64,000 nt of DNA from Chloroflexota bacterium (GTDB lineage Bacteria; Chloroflexota; Anaerolineae; Anaerolineales; Villigracilaceae). Every line of letters starts with the position of its first letter. Position 1 is the stretch's first letter. The notes beneath the pieces were generated by a model, which ran no database searches, was not told where the DNA came from, and saw only the letters and a program-made list of their open reading frames with translations. Location of the stretch: NCBI GenBank assembly GCA_026390035.1, contig JAPLGT010000035.1, forward strand, positions 3,330-67,329, read 5' to 3'. Shown in pieces: positions 63,369-64,000 of this stretch. The position numbers and the translations under genes were made by a program.

Positions 63369-63974
63369 TTATTCTTCAATAGTGGCGGTCTGAAGGGCAG
63401 GTTTTCGATCAGACCAGATTGGGTCGGAATGGACACAACGGTTGCACTGTTGGATATTCATCCAAGTCGGGTTTTGAGCCGCTTCGCATCCACCTTTACA
63501 AATTCCCATATGAATCAGAGGTTTAACTTTGATTTCCTGTCCTTTGATTTCAAAAGGTTGGGAAAAGGCGTCCGAGACTCTTTGGATGACAAGGTCGATC
63601 TGGGGTCTTTCGGGGATGTTTTCAATCAGCAAGGCAAAACTGTGCTCGGAAAAGCGGGCCAGACTGTCAACCTCACGCTTGGTGCGGTTCAGGCGCAGGG
63701 CAACCTCTTTGAGCAGGGCGTTGCGCGCAATATCATCCTTTACTTGATGAAGGCCTTCCAATTCCACAAACATGAAACCGCGCTGGGCCTGGTTTCTTTT
63801 TGAAAGCGCCAGAGAGTGTCGCAGACGGTCTTGAAAAAGCGTCCAGTTAGGGAGCTCAGTCAGGTTATCGTGCAGGGCGTTGAATGCCAGCCTTTCCTCC
63901 AACCAGATAGGGAAATCACTGCTGCCAATTGGTTTAGTAACCTGTTGGTCGACGATTTGCATTAATTCCTTCAA
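63369..63974 (-). CDS. Degenerate GGDEF-domain protein (A-site SEHSF, I-site RxxD retained) with Cys-rich C-terminal tail
   Basis: DNLTELPNWTLFQDRL marks the GGDEF domain start. REVDSLARFSEHSFALL aligns with RxxD-x5-GGDEF. The tail is CKGGCEAAQ...CNRCVH. Confidence 0.7.
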   Translation of the reverse strand: MKELMQIVDQQVTKPIGSSDFPIWLEERLAFNALHDNLTELPNWTLFQDRLRHSLALSKRNQAQRGFMFVELEGLHQVKDDIARNALLKEVALRLNRTKREVDSLARFSEHSFALLIENIPERPQIDLVIQRVSDAFSQPFEIKGQEIKVKPLIHMGICKGGCEAAQNPTWMNIQQCNRCVHSDPIWSDRKPALQTATIEE

Positions 63975-64000
63975 GAAAATAATGCGGAAGGGGATATTCT

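Overview
This is a 64-kb bacterial chromosomal segment. Gene content points to an anaerobe (glycyl-radical enzyme plus activase, radical SAM). A Chloroflexota/Anaerolineae-like origin is only a weak guess based on protein style. All family calls come from reading motifs in the supplied translations; no database search was run.

Layout:
- 0.5-14.4 kb, mixed genes: an R2lox-like di-metal protein and a NUDIX hydrolase; a heparinase II/III-like protein with a GT4 glycosyltransferase; a DUF4349-like lipoprotein; a PepSY/ApbE/ferric-reductase-like operon; an OmpR/histidine-kinase pair; and an orphan AbrB-radical SAM-SPASM fusion.
- 14.7-24.5 kb: a ribose-type sugar ABC transporter, a glycyl-radical enzyme (GRE) with its activase, an AraR-like regulator and an FGGY kinase.
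- 24.8-27.5 kb: a CBS/GAF protein, SurE and a decayed ppx/gppA gene.
- 27.9-36.9 kb, the most unusual locus: a plant-type GDP-mannose 3,5-epimerase and a VTC2/GDPGP1-type HxHxQ HIT phosphorylase. They sit with three fucokinase-like GHMP domains (one eroded), two cytidylyltransferase-fold domains, an AT-rich GT-C-like membrane protein and a LacI regulator. The LacI gene's palindromic operator recurs, one base different, at the ABC/GRE operon promoter 17 kb away.
- 37.4-38.9 kb: an IS630-family element with a split transposase.
- 39-64 kb, minus strand: an exopolysaccharide locus. It encodes a 4,6-dehydratase-like SDR, a nucleotidyltransferase, a DegT aminotransferase, Wzx, Wzy-like, two P-loop kinase-fold proteins, GT4, a NodB deacetylase, a formyltransferase and a Wzz/BY-kinase. 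A degenerate GGDEF protein that keeps its I-site heads the locus. Downstream lie an ~2,880-aa secreted protein built from four ~1.6-kb beta-helix repeat units plus Fn3-like repeats, and a TIM-barrel-hydrolase-like lipoprotein.

No rRNA, tRNA or CRISPR array was recognised.
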